Shown here in pieces: positions 26,867 to 36,720 of a stretch of DNA of 64,000 nt; the first letter of the stretch is position 1; each line of letters opens with the position of its first letter. The DNA is from a virus, in the IMG/VR virus record IMGVR_UViG_3300046779_001735, positions 64,001 through 128,000 of that record, one strand, 5' to 3'. A model generated the notes under the pieces. The model was given only the letters and a program-made list of their open reading frames with translations. It did no database searches and was not told the DNA's origin. The position numbers were made by a program, and so were the translations under genes.

Positions 26867-28253
26867 TGTTCAAAAATTATTTTTGGAAATGATGCTGGAA
26901 GACGCACAGAGCTATGTGCGTGTACAGAATATCTACAATCCAGAAAACTTTGATCGCAATCTAAGATCCGCTGCTAAGTTTATCAAGGATCACTGCGACA
27001 ATCACAAGACCATGCCTGATCGTGCGCAGATCGCTGCGGCCACGGCCACACAGCTAAACAGTATTCCTGATTTAAACCAAGGCCACTTTGATTGGTTCAT
27101 GGAAGAGTTTGAACAGTTTACCAAGCAGAAAGAACTAGAACGTGCTATTCTCAAGGCAGCTGACTTGCTAGAAAAAGGCAACTTTGATCCTGTTGAAAAG
27201 TTGATCAAAGACGCTGTGCAGATTTCATTAACCAAGGACATGGGCACTGACTATTTTGCCGATCCGCGTGCTAGACTCATGGCCTTGAAAAGCAACAACG
27301 GACAGAACTCCACTGGTTGGCCTGCCCTGGACAAACTGTTATATGGTGGATTTAATCGCGGTGAGCTACAGATCTTTGCAGGTGGGTCAGGATCAGGCAA
27401 AAGCTTGTTCATGCAGAATCTTGCTGTGAACTGGGTCACAGCTGGCCTCAGTGGCGTCTATATCACATTAGAACTTGCAGAAGGACTGTGTTCTTATCGC
27501 ATAGACTCCATGATGACTAATACAGCGGCCAAGGACATTTTCCGTGACATTGACACAGTGGAAATGAAAGTGAAAATGCTGGCCAAGAAAGCAGGCAAGC
27601 TACAGGTCAAGTATATGCCTGCACAGAGTACAGTAAATGACATACGTGCATATCTCAAAGAGCTGCAGGTGCAAACAGGACTCAAGGCCGATTTCTTGTG
27701 CGTAGATTATCTGGATCTCTTGATGCCTGTAAGTGCCAAGGTATCTCCCAATGATTTGTTTGTGAAAGACAAATATGTTTCGGAAGAACTGCGTAACCTT
27801 GCTCGTGAACTCAACATACTGTTTGTCACAGCATCGCAGTTGAATCGTGGAGCTGTGGAAGAAATAGAATATGATCATAGTCACATATCTGGTGGTATCT
27901 CTAAAATCAACACAGCAGACAATGTGTTTGGTATCTTTACCAGTCGTGGCATGCGTGAAAAAGGACGCTATCAATTACAACTCATGAAAACACGCTCTAG
28001 TTCAGGTGTAGGACAAAAAGTAGAACTTGAGTTTGATGTAGAAAGTCTGCGTATACGTGATCTTGCTGAAGATACCGACTATCAAGAATTTAAAAAGCGT
28101 GCGCCTAGCATTTATGAAAGTATCAAGGCCACTGCTAAGTTGACAGACAGTGAGGACAATGCCACTGTGGCTGATGAGCCAGGCAAGATCACAGCCGATG
28201 TACAAAGTGCCAAGCTTAAACAACTGCTGGGTAAAATCAAACAGAGCTCATGA
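26844..28253 (+). CDS. Replicative helicase (T4 gp41/DnaB family)
   Basis: GGSGSGKS, ITLEL, VDYLDL, TASQLNR and KTR. Confidence 0.92.
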   Translation: MLNDYGSDVQKLFLEMMLEDAQSYVRVQNIYNPENFDRNLRSAAKFIKDHCDNHKTMPDRAQIAAATATQLNSIPDLNQGHFDWFMEEFEQFTKQKELERAILKAADLLEKGNFDPVEKLIKDAVQISLTKDMGTDYFADPRARLMALKSNNGQNSTGWPALDKLLYGGFNRGELQIFAGGSGSGKSLFMQNLAVNWVTAGLSGVYITLELAEGLCSYRIDSMMTNTAAKDIFRDIDTVEMKVKMLAKKAGKLQVKYMPAQSTVNDIRAYLKELQVQTGLKADFLCVDYLDLLMPVSAKVSPNDLFVKDKYVSEELRNLARELNILFVTASQLNRGAVEEIEYDHSHISGGISKINTADNVFGIFTSRGMREKGRYQLQLMKTRSSSGVGQKVELEFDVESLRIRDLAEDTDYQEFKKRAPSIYESIKATAKLTDSEDNATVADEPGKITADVQSAKLKQLLGKIKQSS

Positions 28254-29362
28254 ACGCTAACCACTGTGCCATGATCCACGGCGGGCTAAATCTAGTTCTC
28301 AAGGATGCTGAGCCTTGGATACAGAGTTGTTGCCTACGTACCGACTTTGTGCCCGTACAAGTGGGACAAAAATTCTGGCAACTTGAACCCTTGCAGCAAC
28401 TACGCACAGCAAATCAAAATGGTGTCTGGGATCCTGGTTGCTTTAATTGTGAGAGTCTAGAACAGTCAGGTATGCTGAGTTTTCGTCAAGGCATGAATCA
28501 CGGCTTGCGTACAGAGCCTGGCATGACGGGGCCTGCTCGTATTGACTTGATGTTTGATATCAGCTGCAACCTAGCCTGTAGAACCTGCGGCCCTGCACAT
28601 AGTACATACTGGCAAAAACATCTCAAGACTCTAGGCGAATGGTCTAGACCTATTTTCACACCAAGAACACAGGATCAAGTCATAGCGGCCTTGAGTGCTA
28701 TCAATCTTGATAATCTGCAGCAGGTGGTGTTCTGCGGTGGAGAGACGCTGCTAGGACAAGAGTACTGGGAGGTTGCAAAATGGTTGGCTCAACGAGTGCC
28801 CAATGCCAAGCAGCAGCTCACGCTGTGTTTTCAAACCAATGGCACACAGCCAATTCTTGAACACAATCATGCAGTGGTTGACAGTGTGCATTTGGTCAAA
28901 CTACATGTGAGTATTGATGGTACTGGCCAGCAGTTTGACTACCTACGTTGGCCTGCTACCTGGCGGGAGACAACTAATAATCTAGAAAATATTAGACAAA
29001 CTGTGCCTAGTAATGTGATGTTCTTGATAGAACAAACAGTAAGTGTGTTTAATGTGCTGAGTCTGAATCAGGTTGATCAATGGGCGCAGCGTGATTTTAG
29101 CATGAACCGTGAAGGTGATCCTGTAGAAGTAACCAGACACCTGGCCAATGGAATTTTTGGACTGCACAATATTAGTCAGGAACTTCGAGATCAGTTATTA
29201 GATCATGGACTTGGCCATTTTGTGCATCCTAATTGGCAGGAACGTAGCAGCGACATTCAACGTATGTGCTCAGAGATTCTAAGATTTGATTATCACAGAC
29301 AACAAAGCGTGGCTCAGGCATTTCCTGAGATGTGGCAACATTATCAAAGATTCATTAGTTGA
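28250..29362 (+). CDS. Radical SAM enzyme with an N-terminal Cys-rich (twitch/SPASM-like) segment
   Basis: CNLACRTC, GGET, TNGT and SIDG. N-terminal C...CC...C..C. Confidence 0.85.
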   Translation: MNANHCAMIHGGLNLVLKDAEPWIQSCCLRTDFVPVQVGQKFWQLEPLQQLRTANQNGVWDPGCFNCESLEQSGMLSFRQGMNHGLRTEPGMTGPARIDLMFDISCNLACRTCGPAHSTYWQKHLKTLGEWSRPIFTPRTQDQVIAALSAINLDNLQQVVFCGGETLLGQEYWEVAKWLAQRVPNAKQQLTLCFQTNGTQPILEHNHAVVDSVHLVKLHVSIDGTGQQFDYLRWPATWRETTNNLENIRQTVPSNVMFLIEQTVSVFNVLSLNQVDQWAQRDFSMNREGDPVEVTRHLANGIFGLHNISQELRDQLLDHGLGHFVHPNWQERSSDIQRMCSEILRFDYHRQQSVAQAFPEMWQHYQRFIS

Positions 29363-31058
29363 TTTCAAGATACTGTTGGATTGGCAGACTCTTGATATTG
29401 CCACGCTTGACCTGTAGAAATTGACTGCCATCTCTACTTTGTTTTTCGCCTTGTCCTACTATCACTGATCCTGCGTTGTACTTGATTGGATTGTCTATGA
29501 TTAGATCAACGTATTCGCCCTCATCCACGCCCAGTGTGATAAAGTGAATATATCGTTTACGATCTCTGCGAAACACACGAGAGTTGGCCACGATGCCTGC
29601 AAACTCAAACCGATCTAGATACACATTGCGCACCCCCATGTTGGGCAAGAAGCCAGGAGAGTTCCACGCACCGTGTTCAATAAAACTTTCCACAGGATCT
29701 TCTGTGACCCAGTTGCCAAACCCCAGTTCACGTAGATCCCAGCCCGCACGTTTGGCTTCGTTGCGATAGACCCAGCGTGCATAGGAACCTTGGCAGTGCA
29801 TGAGAGCTGCTCGCCAGAACTCGCGAGGATTGTGGGCTTTCTGATAAGCCAAGGCCCAGATCAGCCTGCCAAGATTTACTGCATGAGCACGACACAGGCC
29901 AAAACCTGCAAGACTCTGCATCTCCGCACGTATCTGTTCGCGTTCAGTATGATCACCCAAGCGTGCCATAAACTCCATGACCTTTTCTTCGTTGCGCTTG
30001 GCAAACGCACGTCGGTACATGTCAGCTTCGTATGCGTTGACACCAATCAACTTCATGATTTTTTCTATGGCGTCATCTTCGCACACTATAGCAGACTCTT
30101 GTACAGACTTCTTGGTCCAGTCATGAAAGAACGATGCTTTTTTACGTCCTTCTACAGCCACAGGACGTACCAGAGCAGTGGCAAACACACAGTCGTCAAC
30201 TGATGTGGGACGTATGGCACGAAATAGTCTACGCATAGCAGGTGATTCGCCTTGGGTAACACCCAGCACATCTCCGCGCTGCAAAAGGTCAGCTGTGAGT
30301 TCATCGGTCTTGGGATACTCGTGTATCATGCGTGTGGAATCAATTTCCATGAGCTGACTGAGCCCACGATTGGCTAGGATATCTACCTTAAGGTGTTCAA
30401 GATCTTCTACTTCGTTTTTGTCCAGTAGTATAAGATTGTCGTCGCGGAACAAACTCTGTGGCAACTTGCGATCAAACACTATAACTCCTCCGCAGTGTTT
30501 ACTCAAGCAGCGTTTCTTGCCCATGAGTTTCTTTTCAATGCGTTCAGCTTCTTCTACATCAATACCCAGTTTAGCATAATCAATGTCTTTTGGCAAACGT
30601 CCTTTGGCACCAAGTCGCTTGGCAGCTTCTCGTCGTGCTGACTTTTCCTTGTACATTACATAGTTTGATATGCGTGCGGTCTTGCCTGGCCAGGCATCAA
30701 ATATACGCTGCATAGCTAGTTCTTGTTTGTGATGCGGAACGTCAACGTCTACATCAGGTAGATCGTCTCGAAAAGGATTTAAAAAACGTGCCAATGGTAT
30801 GTGCCATTCTATGGGATCAACGTCAGTTATACCCATGAGATAACAAACCAAACTGGATCCTGCGGATCCGCGAGTCATGTGCGGAATGTCTTTGTTGAGA
30901 TCTAGTATTCTGCGTATTTTTAAAAAATATTCAGTGAATCTTTGATTGATTATTATACCAAATTCTTCTGTTAGTCGCTCTTGGTATTCTTCACCCTGGG
31001 GACAGGGCCTGCGAAATTGATCTAATAGTGCCTGTATTTGTTCTAGTTCAGTTGCCAT
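29355..31058 (-). CDS. dnaE: PHP-less C-family DNA polymerase III alpha (DnaE-like), 567 aa
   Basis: RGSAGSSLVCYLMGITDVDP, RFLNP.R..LPDVDVD, HCGGVIV, KVDIL, QGESP, ALVRP and AHA...AYQKAH.P.EF. Confidence 0.9.
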   Translation of the reverse strand: MATELEQIQALLDQFRRPCPQGEEYQERLTEEFGIIINQRFTEYFLKIRRILDLNKDIPHMTRGSAGSSLVCYLMGITDVDPIEWHIPLARFLNPFRDDLPDVDVDVPHHKQELAMQRIFDAWPGKTARISNYVMYKEKSARREAAKRLGAKGRLPKDIDYAKLGIDVEEAERIEKKLMGKKRCLSKHCGGVIVFDRKLPQSLFRDDNLILLDKNEVEDLEHLKVDILANRGLSQLMEIDSTRMIHEYPKTDELTADLLQRGDVLGVTQGESPAMRRLFRAIRPTSVDDCVFATALVRPVAVEGRKKASFFHDWTKKSVQESAIVCEDDAIEKIMKLIGVNAYEADMYRRAFAKRNEEKVMEFMARLGDHTEREQIRAEMQSLAGFGLCRAHAVNLGRLIWALAYQKAHNPREFWRAALMHCQGSYARWVYRNEAKRAGWDLRELGFGNWVTEDPVESFIEHGAWNSPGFLPNMGVRNVYLDRFEFAGIVANSRVFRRDRKRYIHFITLGVDEGEYVDLIIDNPIKYNAGSVIVGQGEKQSRDGSQFLQVKRGNIKSLPIQQYLEIN

Positions 31059-31082
31059 ATGTGCCTTTGTTTGCCTGTGTGA

Positions 31083-31116
31083 TATTTAATTTGAAGTTGC
31101 CTAGGGCCATTAAATA
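31083..31116. promoter_or_regulatory. Back-to-back late promoter cores
   Basis: TAAATA on the minus strand at 31083-88 (towards dnaE) and on the plus strand at 31111-16. Confidence 0.55.
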
Positions 31117-31124
31117 TTGCCAGC

Positions 31125-31781
31125 ATGAAATCAACCCAATATCTTGTGGCCTGTGGTGACAGTTTTTTATATGGCAGTGATTTATCATCCCCGGATCAAA
31201 CCTGGCCCTGTGTGGTAGCTCAACAACTAGAACTTGAATATCAATGTCGAGCTCGTCCTGGGGTAGGCAATGCCCAGATTCTACAACAGATTATTTCAGC
31301 TCAAGCTGAGTTTGGTCAACAGGCCGTGTACATAATCAATTGGACCTGGATAGATCGTTTTGATTATGTGAATATTCAAGACAACACCTGGCATACTACA
31401 AGGCCAGTATTAGATGACCCCGAGCGAGATCCTGTGTATTATAGATATTTCCACAGTGAGCTCGCAGACAAATTCCATAATTTAGTGTATATTAACACTG
31501 CTATCAACACACTTAAACATCATGACTCAATAATGACCTACATGGACTATCTATTGTTAGATCAACGCTGGCACGCACCTGATTACATACAGATTCTACA
31601 GCAACAGATTGGTCCCTGCTTGGAGAATTTCAACAAATTAAATTTTCTAGATTGGAGTCGCGAACAGCAATTTCCCATTAGTGATCGCTGGCATCCCTTG
31701 GAACACGCACATCAAGCGGCCGCTGCATGGTGGTATCCCCAAGTAAGCAGATTAATTCAAACCCAAAATTCCAATAAATAA
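31125..31781 (+). CDS. SGNH-like hydrolase or acyltransferase
   Basis: ACGDSFLYG, G.GN, WTWIDR and HPLEHAH. Confidence 0.6.
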   Translation: MKSTQYLVACGDSFLYGSDLSSPDQTWPCVVAQQLELEYQCRARPGVGNAQILQQIISAQAEFGQQAVYIINWTWIDRFDYVNIQDNTWHTTRPVLDDPERDPVYYRYFHSELADKFHNLVYINTAINTLKHHDSIMTYMDYLLLDQRWHAPDYIQILQQQIGPCLENFNKLNFLDWSREQQFPISDRWHPLEHAHQAAAAWWYPQVSRLIQTQNSNK

Positions 31782-31800
31782 AGCATCAGGACGCAGAAAA

Positions 31801-32049
31801 ATGCAAAAAAAGACACGTAGCATCCTTGAAGAACTAGAATCAATGTACACTGAGCGCGATCAGCGCCATGTGGTTGAAAGTCGCGCCAACAATATCATTG
31901 CATCGGCTATTAGACTCATGGAACAAATTGATGAGAGTTTTCCTGGCGAGCAAGCAGAAAATCTGCAGCGCAAGTTTTTAAATGCAATAAAATTCCGCGA
32001 CCCTACAAAATTCACAAGAACTGTTAGAAAAACTGATGAAACTATTTGA
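31801..32049 (+). CDS. Hypothetical late protein
   Basis: TAAATA at 31775-80 and an AGGA RBS. Confidence 0.8.
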   Translation: MQKKTRSILEELESMYTERDQRHVVESRANNIIASAIRLMEQIDESFPGEQAENLQRKFLNAIKFRDPTKFTRTVRKTDETI

Positions 32050-32716
32050 AATTACTCAGACTGTAAACGAAGTTAATTGGGGAGCAATACCTGGAGCTCT
32101 GGGTGGCATAGCCAAACAGGCCATGGGAATAGAACCCGCTCCTGCGCTACCCGGGCAAGAACGTAGAGCAGCAAAGCAACTTGCCGCTCCTTTGACCAAG
32201 CAACAAGCAGACAGCATGAAAAAAACCTGGGCCGCAGCGGTTCAAGCTGAAATGGCTGCTCGCAATGTAAACGATATTCGCCTATTACCGGCTAATCGAT
32301 TGCGTCAAATAATGACCAGTTATATTGAAAATAGATTGTTTGATGGACGCATGCGAATTGCCGATCTCAATTCTCCGTTTCCCACTAGGATAAATCAAGT
32401 AACCCAAAGTATTATCAACAACAGTGCAGATCTAAGCGATCCTTCACTGGATCAAAGTTTTCAAGAACTGGCCAAATATATTCAAAATGCCATGGCCAGT
32501 GACGTTTTCACACGTGGCAGGCGTGGTGTGGCAGGCGCACCGGCAGCAGGTGGTGTCGCAGGTGCCAGTGACCCTGAAATACAACAAATACAACAACAAT
32601 TTGCCCGAGAGATTCAAACAATGCAGTCCTTGGGACGTAGGTATAATCAACCTATACGACCCACACAGAACAAATTGATCAATGCCATTGCTGGCGGACT
32701 TGGATTGTTACCATGA
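32036..32716 (+). CDS. Putative head/internal protein
   Basis: N-terminus MKLFEI..VNE resembles T4 gp21 protease (L/I-x-E) processing sites. Confidence 0.6.
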   Translation: MKLFEITQTVNEVNWGAIPGALGGIAKQAMGIEPAPALPGQERRAAKQLAAPLTKQQADSMKKTWAAAVQAEMAARNVNDIRLLPANRLRQIMTSYIENRLFDGRMRIADLNSPFPTRINQVTQSIINNSADLSDPSLDQSFQELAKYIQNAMASDVFTRGRRGVAGAPAAGGVAGASDPEIQQIQQQFAREIQTMQSLGRRYNQPIRPTQNKLINAIAGGLGLLP

Positions 32717-34590
32717 CCTATCATGTGATCACAGAAGGCGGTAATGTTTTCAAGGATGGCGATGGTAATCCATTGACACAGCGTATCAATCAAACAGATG
32801 TTAAAACCACTATAGCCTGGCTGGAGCAACTGCTGCCTGGGCTTGATCTACAGAACAACACACTGGGTACCACAGGACTCAAGCCCACGTCAGGTGATCT
32901 TGATCTTGCGATTGACGCTGCACAGATCACAAAAGATCAACTGGCCACTGCGTTGTCAAACTGGGCCACAGGTCATAAACAAGATCCCAAGAGCTGGGTC
33001 AAGAAGTCAGGTATTAGTGTGCATTTCAGAACACCTATCAATGGCAAGCCTGCACTGGGTTTTGTGCAAACAGACTTCATGTTTGTTAACAATCTAGACT
33101 GGGCCAAGTTTATGCTAGCAGGGTCTCCACCGGATAGTCAATACAAAGGTGCAGACCGTAACATACTCATGAACAGCATTGCTAAGAGCATGGGCTACAA
33201 AGTAAATCAAAATGTGGGCATAGTAGATCGTGCCACGAACGATCTGATATCCAATGACCCAGACAAAATAGCCAAGCTCCTATTGAATCCCAGAGCCACT
33301 CGTGACAATCTGGTAAGTGTAGAAAGTATTGTGTCTGCCCTGGAAAAAGATCCTAAACGTGATGCTAAACTAGCAGATGCCCGTGAACACTTTGCTAGAG
33401 AAGGTGTGCCGTTTTTTGAAGATCGCTCCGAAGAAACCGAAGTCTACTTCTTGGCCAGACTGCGTGACCGTATTGTTAACCAAGGATATTCTCCCTTGAT
33501 AGAACAGCGTGTGCTTACCGAAGCAGAAGCACGCATACCTCACATCGAAGACATGGTGTTTGATGCAGGCACCAAAGGAGCACAACAGGCTCTACAGATC
33601 ATTCTAGCCGGTGCACAAGACACCGCAGGCACTACCACAGTTAAATGGGATGGCAAGCCTGCTATTATCTGGGGTCGTAAACCCACTGGTGAGTTTGTGC
33701 TTACAGACAAATCCGGATTTGGTGCCAAGGGATATGATGGCAAGGCCACGAGTCCTGCAATGTTGGCTGATATCATGCGCCAACGCAGTGGCGACCGTGA
33801 AGAACTAATTGCCATGTATCAGCAGCTATGGCCTGCATTGGAACAGGCCACACCTCAAAGCCTACGTGGCTATCTGCAGGGCGATTTGTTGTATACTCAG
33901 ACACCGCCTGAAGTAGCAGGTGCCTATGAGTTTACACCTAACACAGTGCAGTATCGTATTCCTGTAAACAGCGCACTGGGTCAACAGATTGCTCGCAGCG
34001 ACATAGGCATCGCTGTGCATACGCAGTATGCAGATGCCACTGCTGCACCTCAAGCTATTAAAGAACTGCCTGCTAGAAACGTACAGGGTCTACTGCTAAT
34101 CCCGCCCACGGTGAAAGACATTCAAAGCGTAAAGCCTAGTGCTAAGATGATCAAGGAAATTCGCAGTGTGTTGAGCGCACATGGCAAAAAAATAGATCAG
34201 CTGTTCCGTCCAGATCTACTGCGTGCTTCAAGAATCACAGACCTGCCTGAGCTGTGCAAACGTTATATCAACTCTAGAATTTTCACAGATTTTGACAATC
34301 TATTACAGGGATTTGGGCCATGGCTAGAAAACGCAGTCACGCCCAGCAAGTACCGTAATATCATAGAATACCTGCAGAGTCCCAAAGATAATACCGCTGG
34401 GCTGAGCGCAGCATTTGTGATATTTTCGCTGCTGCATGAACTCAAAATGGATGTGCTGCAACAGCTGGATCGTCAACAGCCCGGACAAGAAGGTTGGGTT
34501 ATGGCAACAGATGCAGGCCGTGCAAAGCTTGTTAATCGCTTTGCTTTCAGCGCGGCTAATAGACTTAAAAACAATCCAGAACTTGCCTAG
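32713..34590 (+). CDS. Pol-beta-type nucleotidyltransferase fused to an ATP-dependent ligase-like (DUF6267-like) domain
   Basis: LGTTG..TSGDLDL...QTDF in the N-domain. KWDG, QGDL, EGWV and AKLV (covalent NTase motifs I, III, IV, V) in the C-domain. Confidence 0.65.
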   Translation: MTYHVITEGGNVFKDGDGNPLTQRINQTDVKTTIAWLEQLLPGLDLQNNTLGTTGLKPTSGDLDLAIDAAQITKDQLATALSNWATGHKQDPKSWVKKSGISVHFRTPINGKPALGFVQTDFMFVNNLDWAKFMLAGSPPDSQYKGADRNILMNSIAKSMGYKVNQNVGIVDRATNDLISNDPDKIAKLLLNPRATRDNLVSVESIVSALEKDPKRDAKLADAREHFAREGVPFFEDRSEETEVYFLARLRDRIVNQGYSPLIEQRVLTEAEARIPHIEDMVFDAGTKGAQQALQIILAGAQDTAGTTTVKWDGKPAIIWGRKPTGEFVLTDKSGFGAKGYDGKATSPAMLADIMRQRSGDREELIAMYQQLWPALEQATPQSLRGYLQGDLLYTQTPPEVAGAYEFTPNTVQYRIPVNSALGQQIARSDIGIAVHTQYADATAAPQAIKELPARNVQGLLLIPPTVKDIQSVKPSAKMIKEIRSVLSAHGKKIDQLFRPDLLRASRITDLPELCKRYINSRIFTDFDNLLQGFGPWLENAVTPSKYRNIIEYLQSPKDNTAGLSAAFVIFSLLHELKMDVLQQLDRQQPGQEGWVMATDAGRAKLVNRFAFSAANRLKNNPELA

Positions 34591-34615
34591 CACAACAGGT
34601 TTTTTTCAAATTGGC

Positions 34616-34661
34616 TAAATAAAAGTAGGACCAATGAGTCCACATATCAAGGAGATTAGAA
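34616..34661 (+). promoter_or_regulatory. Late promoter, leader hairpin and strong RBS
   Basis: TAAATA at 34616-21, GGAC-CAATGA-GTCC and AAGGAG. Confidence 0.65.
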
Positions 34662-35120
34662 ATGCCTACATTATTCCGTCCCAATGGTGACGCACAATCA
34701 GTATTTGCGCTTGACGTCGCAAATGGCCACCCAACTGGTAACATCGGTTCAACCGACGCACTGGTGCAGATGCAAGGTCCTAAACTGGACTTTTTCGCAG
34801 TGATCATTGAAAATGGTTCAAACCAAGCAATTGACCTGCGTAACGAGTGCGGTAACGTAACCGATCCTGGTGTAGTTCAAACTATCAACCAGACTATTCA
34901 GGAAAAAGCAACCATTGCTATCTATCAGGTAGAAGGTGCTTCCACTGGTCAGATCAGCTATGCACTGTATCCTACTGGTGCATGGACAACTGCAACTCTA
35001 GACACAGCTATTACTGGTCTAGGCAACGTGCAAATCACCAACAACAGCGGTCAAGTTCGCGGTGTAAACGTTAGTGGTTCACAGACAACCAACGTTGGCT
35101 TCAAACTAGCTACATCGTAA
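34662..35120 (+). CDS. Putative abundant virion protein (decoration-like)
   Basis: Has its own late promoter, strong SD and own terminator. Beta-rich Gly/Thr/Asn composition. Confidence 0.6.
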   Translation: MPTLFRPNGDAQSVFALDVANGHPTGNIGSTDALVQMQGPKLDFFAVIIENGSNQAIDLRNECGNVTDPGVVQTINQTIQEKATIAIYQVEGASTGQISYALYPTGAWTTATLDTAITGLGNVQITNNSGQVRGVNVSGSQTTNVGFKLATS

Positions 35121-35165
35121 TCTATTACGATGTATCACAACCCGGCAAAAATTGCCGGGTTTTTT
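35111..35165 (+). terminator. Tandem hairpin plus intrinsic terminator
   Basis: TACATCGTAA-TCTA-TTACGATGTA over the stop codon, then AACCCGGCAA-AAA-TTGCCGGGTT-TTTT. Confidence 0.85.
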
Positions 35166-35183
35166 GTTGCCTGTAAATACTAG

Positions 35184-35819
35184 ATGCAACCTATTCAAGC
35201 CTGGACAGTGCCTATGTTTTTGTTTAACTGGGACCGTCACTCAGAATTTCAAGATCAATTAACACAAGTTTGTTATCAACATCAAGCACGATCCAGCACC
35301 AGTGGTGTGGCTACCACGGTCAAGGCCGGACTGTATGAAAGTGACTTTGACTTCTTACAGGATCCTGATTCCTCTGTGCAAACATTTTTAGAATGGGCTC
35401 GAAGCAGTGTATTTCAAGCTGCGAAAACTGTCAATCAAGAACGCTGGGCAGCAGGAACTCGCATAGGAATTGACATACATGAATCATGGTGCCATATTAC
35501 CCAACAGGGTGGTTACCATGACATGCATATTCATCCTAACAGTTCGTGGAGCGCAATTTATTATGTTAGCATTGGTGAAAGTGATGCGATCAAACGCAGT
35601 GGAGTTAATAGATTTTATTCACCATGGAACGTGTCGTACACTGACATAGGCAGCCGCTATGTGAGTGAAACTTCTAGCATAGATATCCCACCCAGTGACG
35701 GCAGCATGGTAGTGTTTCCCAGTTGGCTGAGTCATGCTGCTACGCCTTATCAAGGAAACACTCCCAGAGTGATCATAGCTTTTAATTGTCGTTTTGTGGA
35801 TGGCGGTGTAAATGTCTAA
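35184..35819 (+). CDS. 2OG-Fe(II) oxygenase (TIGR02466-like)
   Basis: SW...HDMHIHPNSSWSAIYYV...FPSWLSH...RVIIAFN. TAAATA at 35174-79. Confidence 0.85.
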   Translation: MQPIQAWTVPMFLFNWDRHSEFQDQLTQVCYQHQARSSTSGVATTVKAGLYESDFDFLQDPDSSVQTFLEWARSSVFQAAKTVNQERWAAGTRIGIDIHESWCHITQQGGYHDMHIHPNSSWSAIYYVSIGESDAIKRSGVNRFYSPWNVSYTDIGSRYVSETSSIDIPPSDGSMVVFPSWLSHAATPYQGNTPRVIIAFNCRFVDGGVNV

Positions 35820-36045
35820 ACCTAATTATATTTTTGAAAGTCCAGATGGTGGTAAAACCATATATCGCCGTACCAGTGGAAATCCACATAGAGAACTTCA
35901 TTATGAATCAAATGAGATAGTTACTCTGCGCGACGAAGTCAAAGAAACACAGTTGTGGCATGATATTCGTCAAGCAGCTTGTAATGATCCTGTACTGGGT
36001 GAAATGCTAGATAAAATCAAAATGTATTGGTTCTTACAAAAGTGA
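35812..36045 (+). CDS. Small hypothetical protein
   Basis: IFESPDGGKTIYRR. Coupled ORF. Confidence 0.75.
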   Translation: MSKPNYIFESPDGGKTIYRRTSGNPHRELHYESNEIVTLRDEVKETQLWHDIRQAACNDPVLGEMLDKIKMYWFLQK

Positions 36046-36446
36046 AAATTCTAATTAGCACATTATTTGACTGCACCACCACAGGAGTAGTAGGGCGATA
36101 TCGGGAAGAACGTGGGCGCTTTCAAGACAATGCAGGCCAATGGATTGAAAGCCAGGAACATTGGGAGCGAGCACGCAATCAACAACGCAATTATGAGACC
36201 CTGGTGCAGGTTCTGAGTCTGCGTACTCAATTAGATAACGTCACTGTTGCTCGGCATGACAACAACACCTGGAGTTTCAGTGTAGTCACCGATCGTGAAG
36301 GTGTGTTTGGGCCTGATTTTGCTGCTCTGCTAGATGATTGTGATAATGTGCCCATGATTCCAGGCCTGCTGGCTCAGGGCAAATTACCTGCTTGTTTACA
36401 AGGCACCGGTGAAAACCCGAATGTTTGGTTTCAGCAGATAGACTAA
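36042..36446 (+). CDS. Hypothetical protein
   Basis: Start revised to GTG 36042 (GTGA overlap). Confidence 0.75.
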   Translation: MKILISTLFDCTTTGVVGRYREERGRFQDNAGQWIESQEHWERARNQQRNYETLVQVLSLRTQLDNVTVARHDNNTWSFSVVTDREGVFGPDFAALLDDCDNVPMIPGLLAQGKLPACLQGTGENPNVWFQQID

Positions 36447-36456
36447 ATATTCTACT

Positions 36457-36720
36457 ATGAGCGATACCTCCGATATTGAAAAAAAGAGTCTTGAAGCACA
36501 CGTTGAGCTGTGTGCGCAACGCTACAGATTTCTTGAATCTCGTCTTGAAGACGTAGACAGCAAAATTGGATCTCTTGACTCATTGGTAAGAGAAGTGCAC
36601 GACATGGTACAAAAAATGGCAGAAAAGCGCAACGATCAACTGGTAAAGTGGGGTATAGGTATTATCTCAATGTTAACTGGTTTAGTAGGCTGGTTGGTTT
36701 CTCGTGTTTTCCTGCAATGA
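36457..36720 (+). CDS. Small coiled-coil protein with a C-terminal TM helix (XhlA/holin-like architecture)
   Basis: TAAATA at 36444-49. Heptads followed by WGIGIISMLTGLVGWLV. Confidence 0.65.
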   Translation: MSDTSDIEKKSLEAHVELCAQRYRFLESRLEDVDSKIGSLDSLVREVHDMVQKMAEKRNDQLVKWGIGIISMLTGLVGWLVSRVFLQ

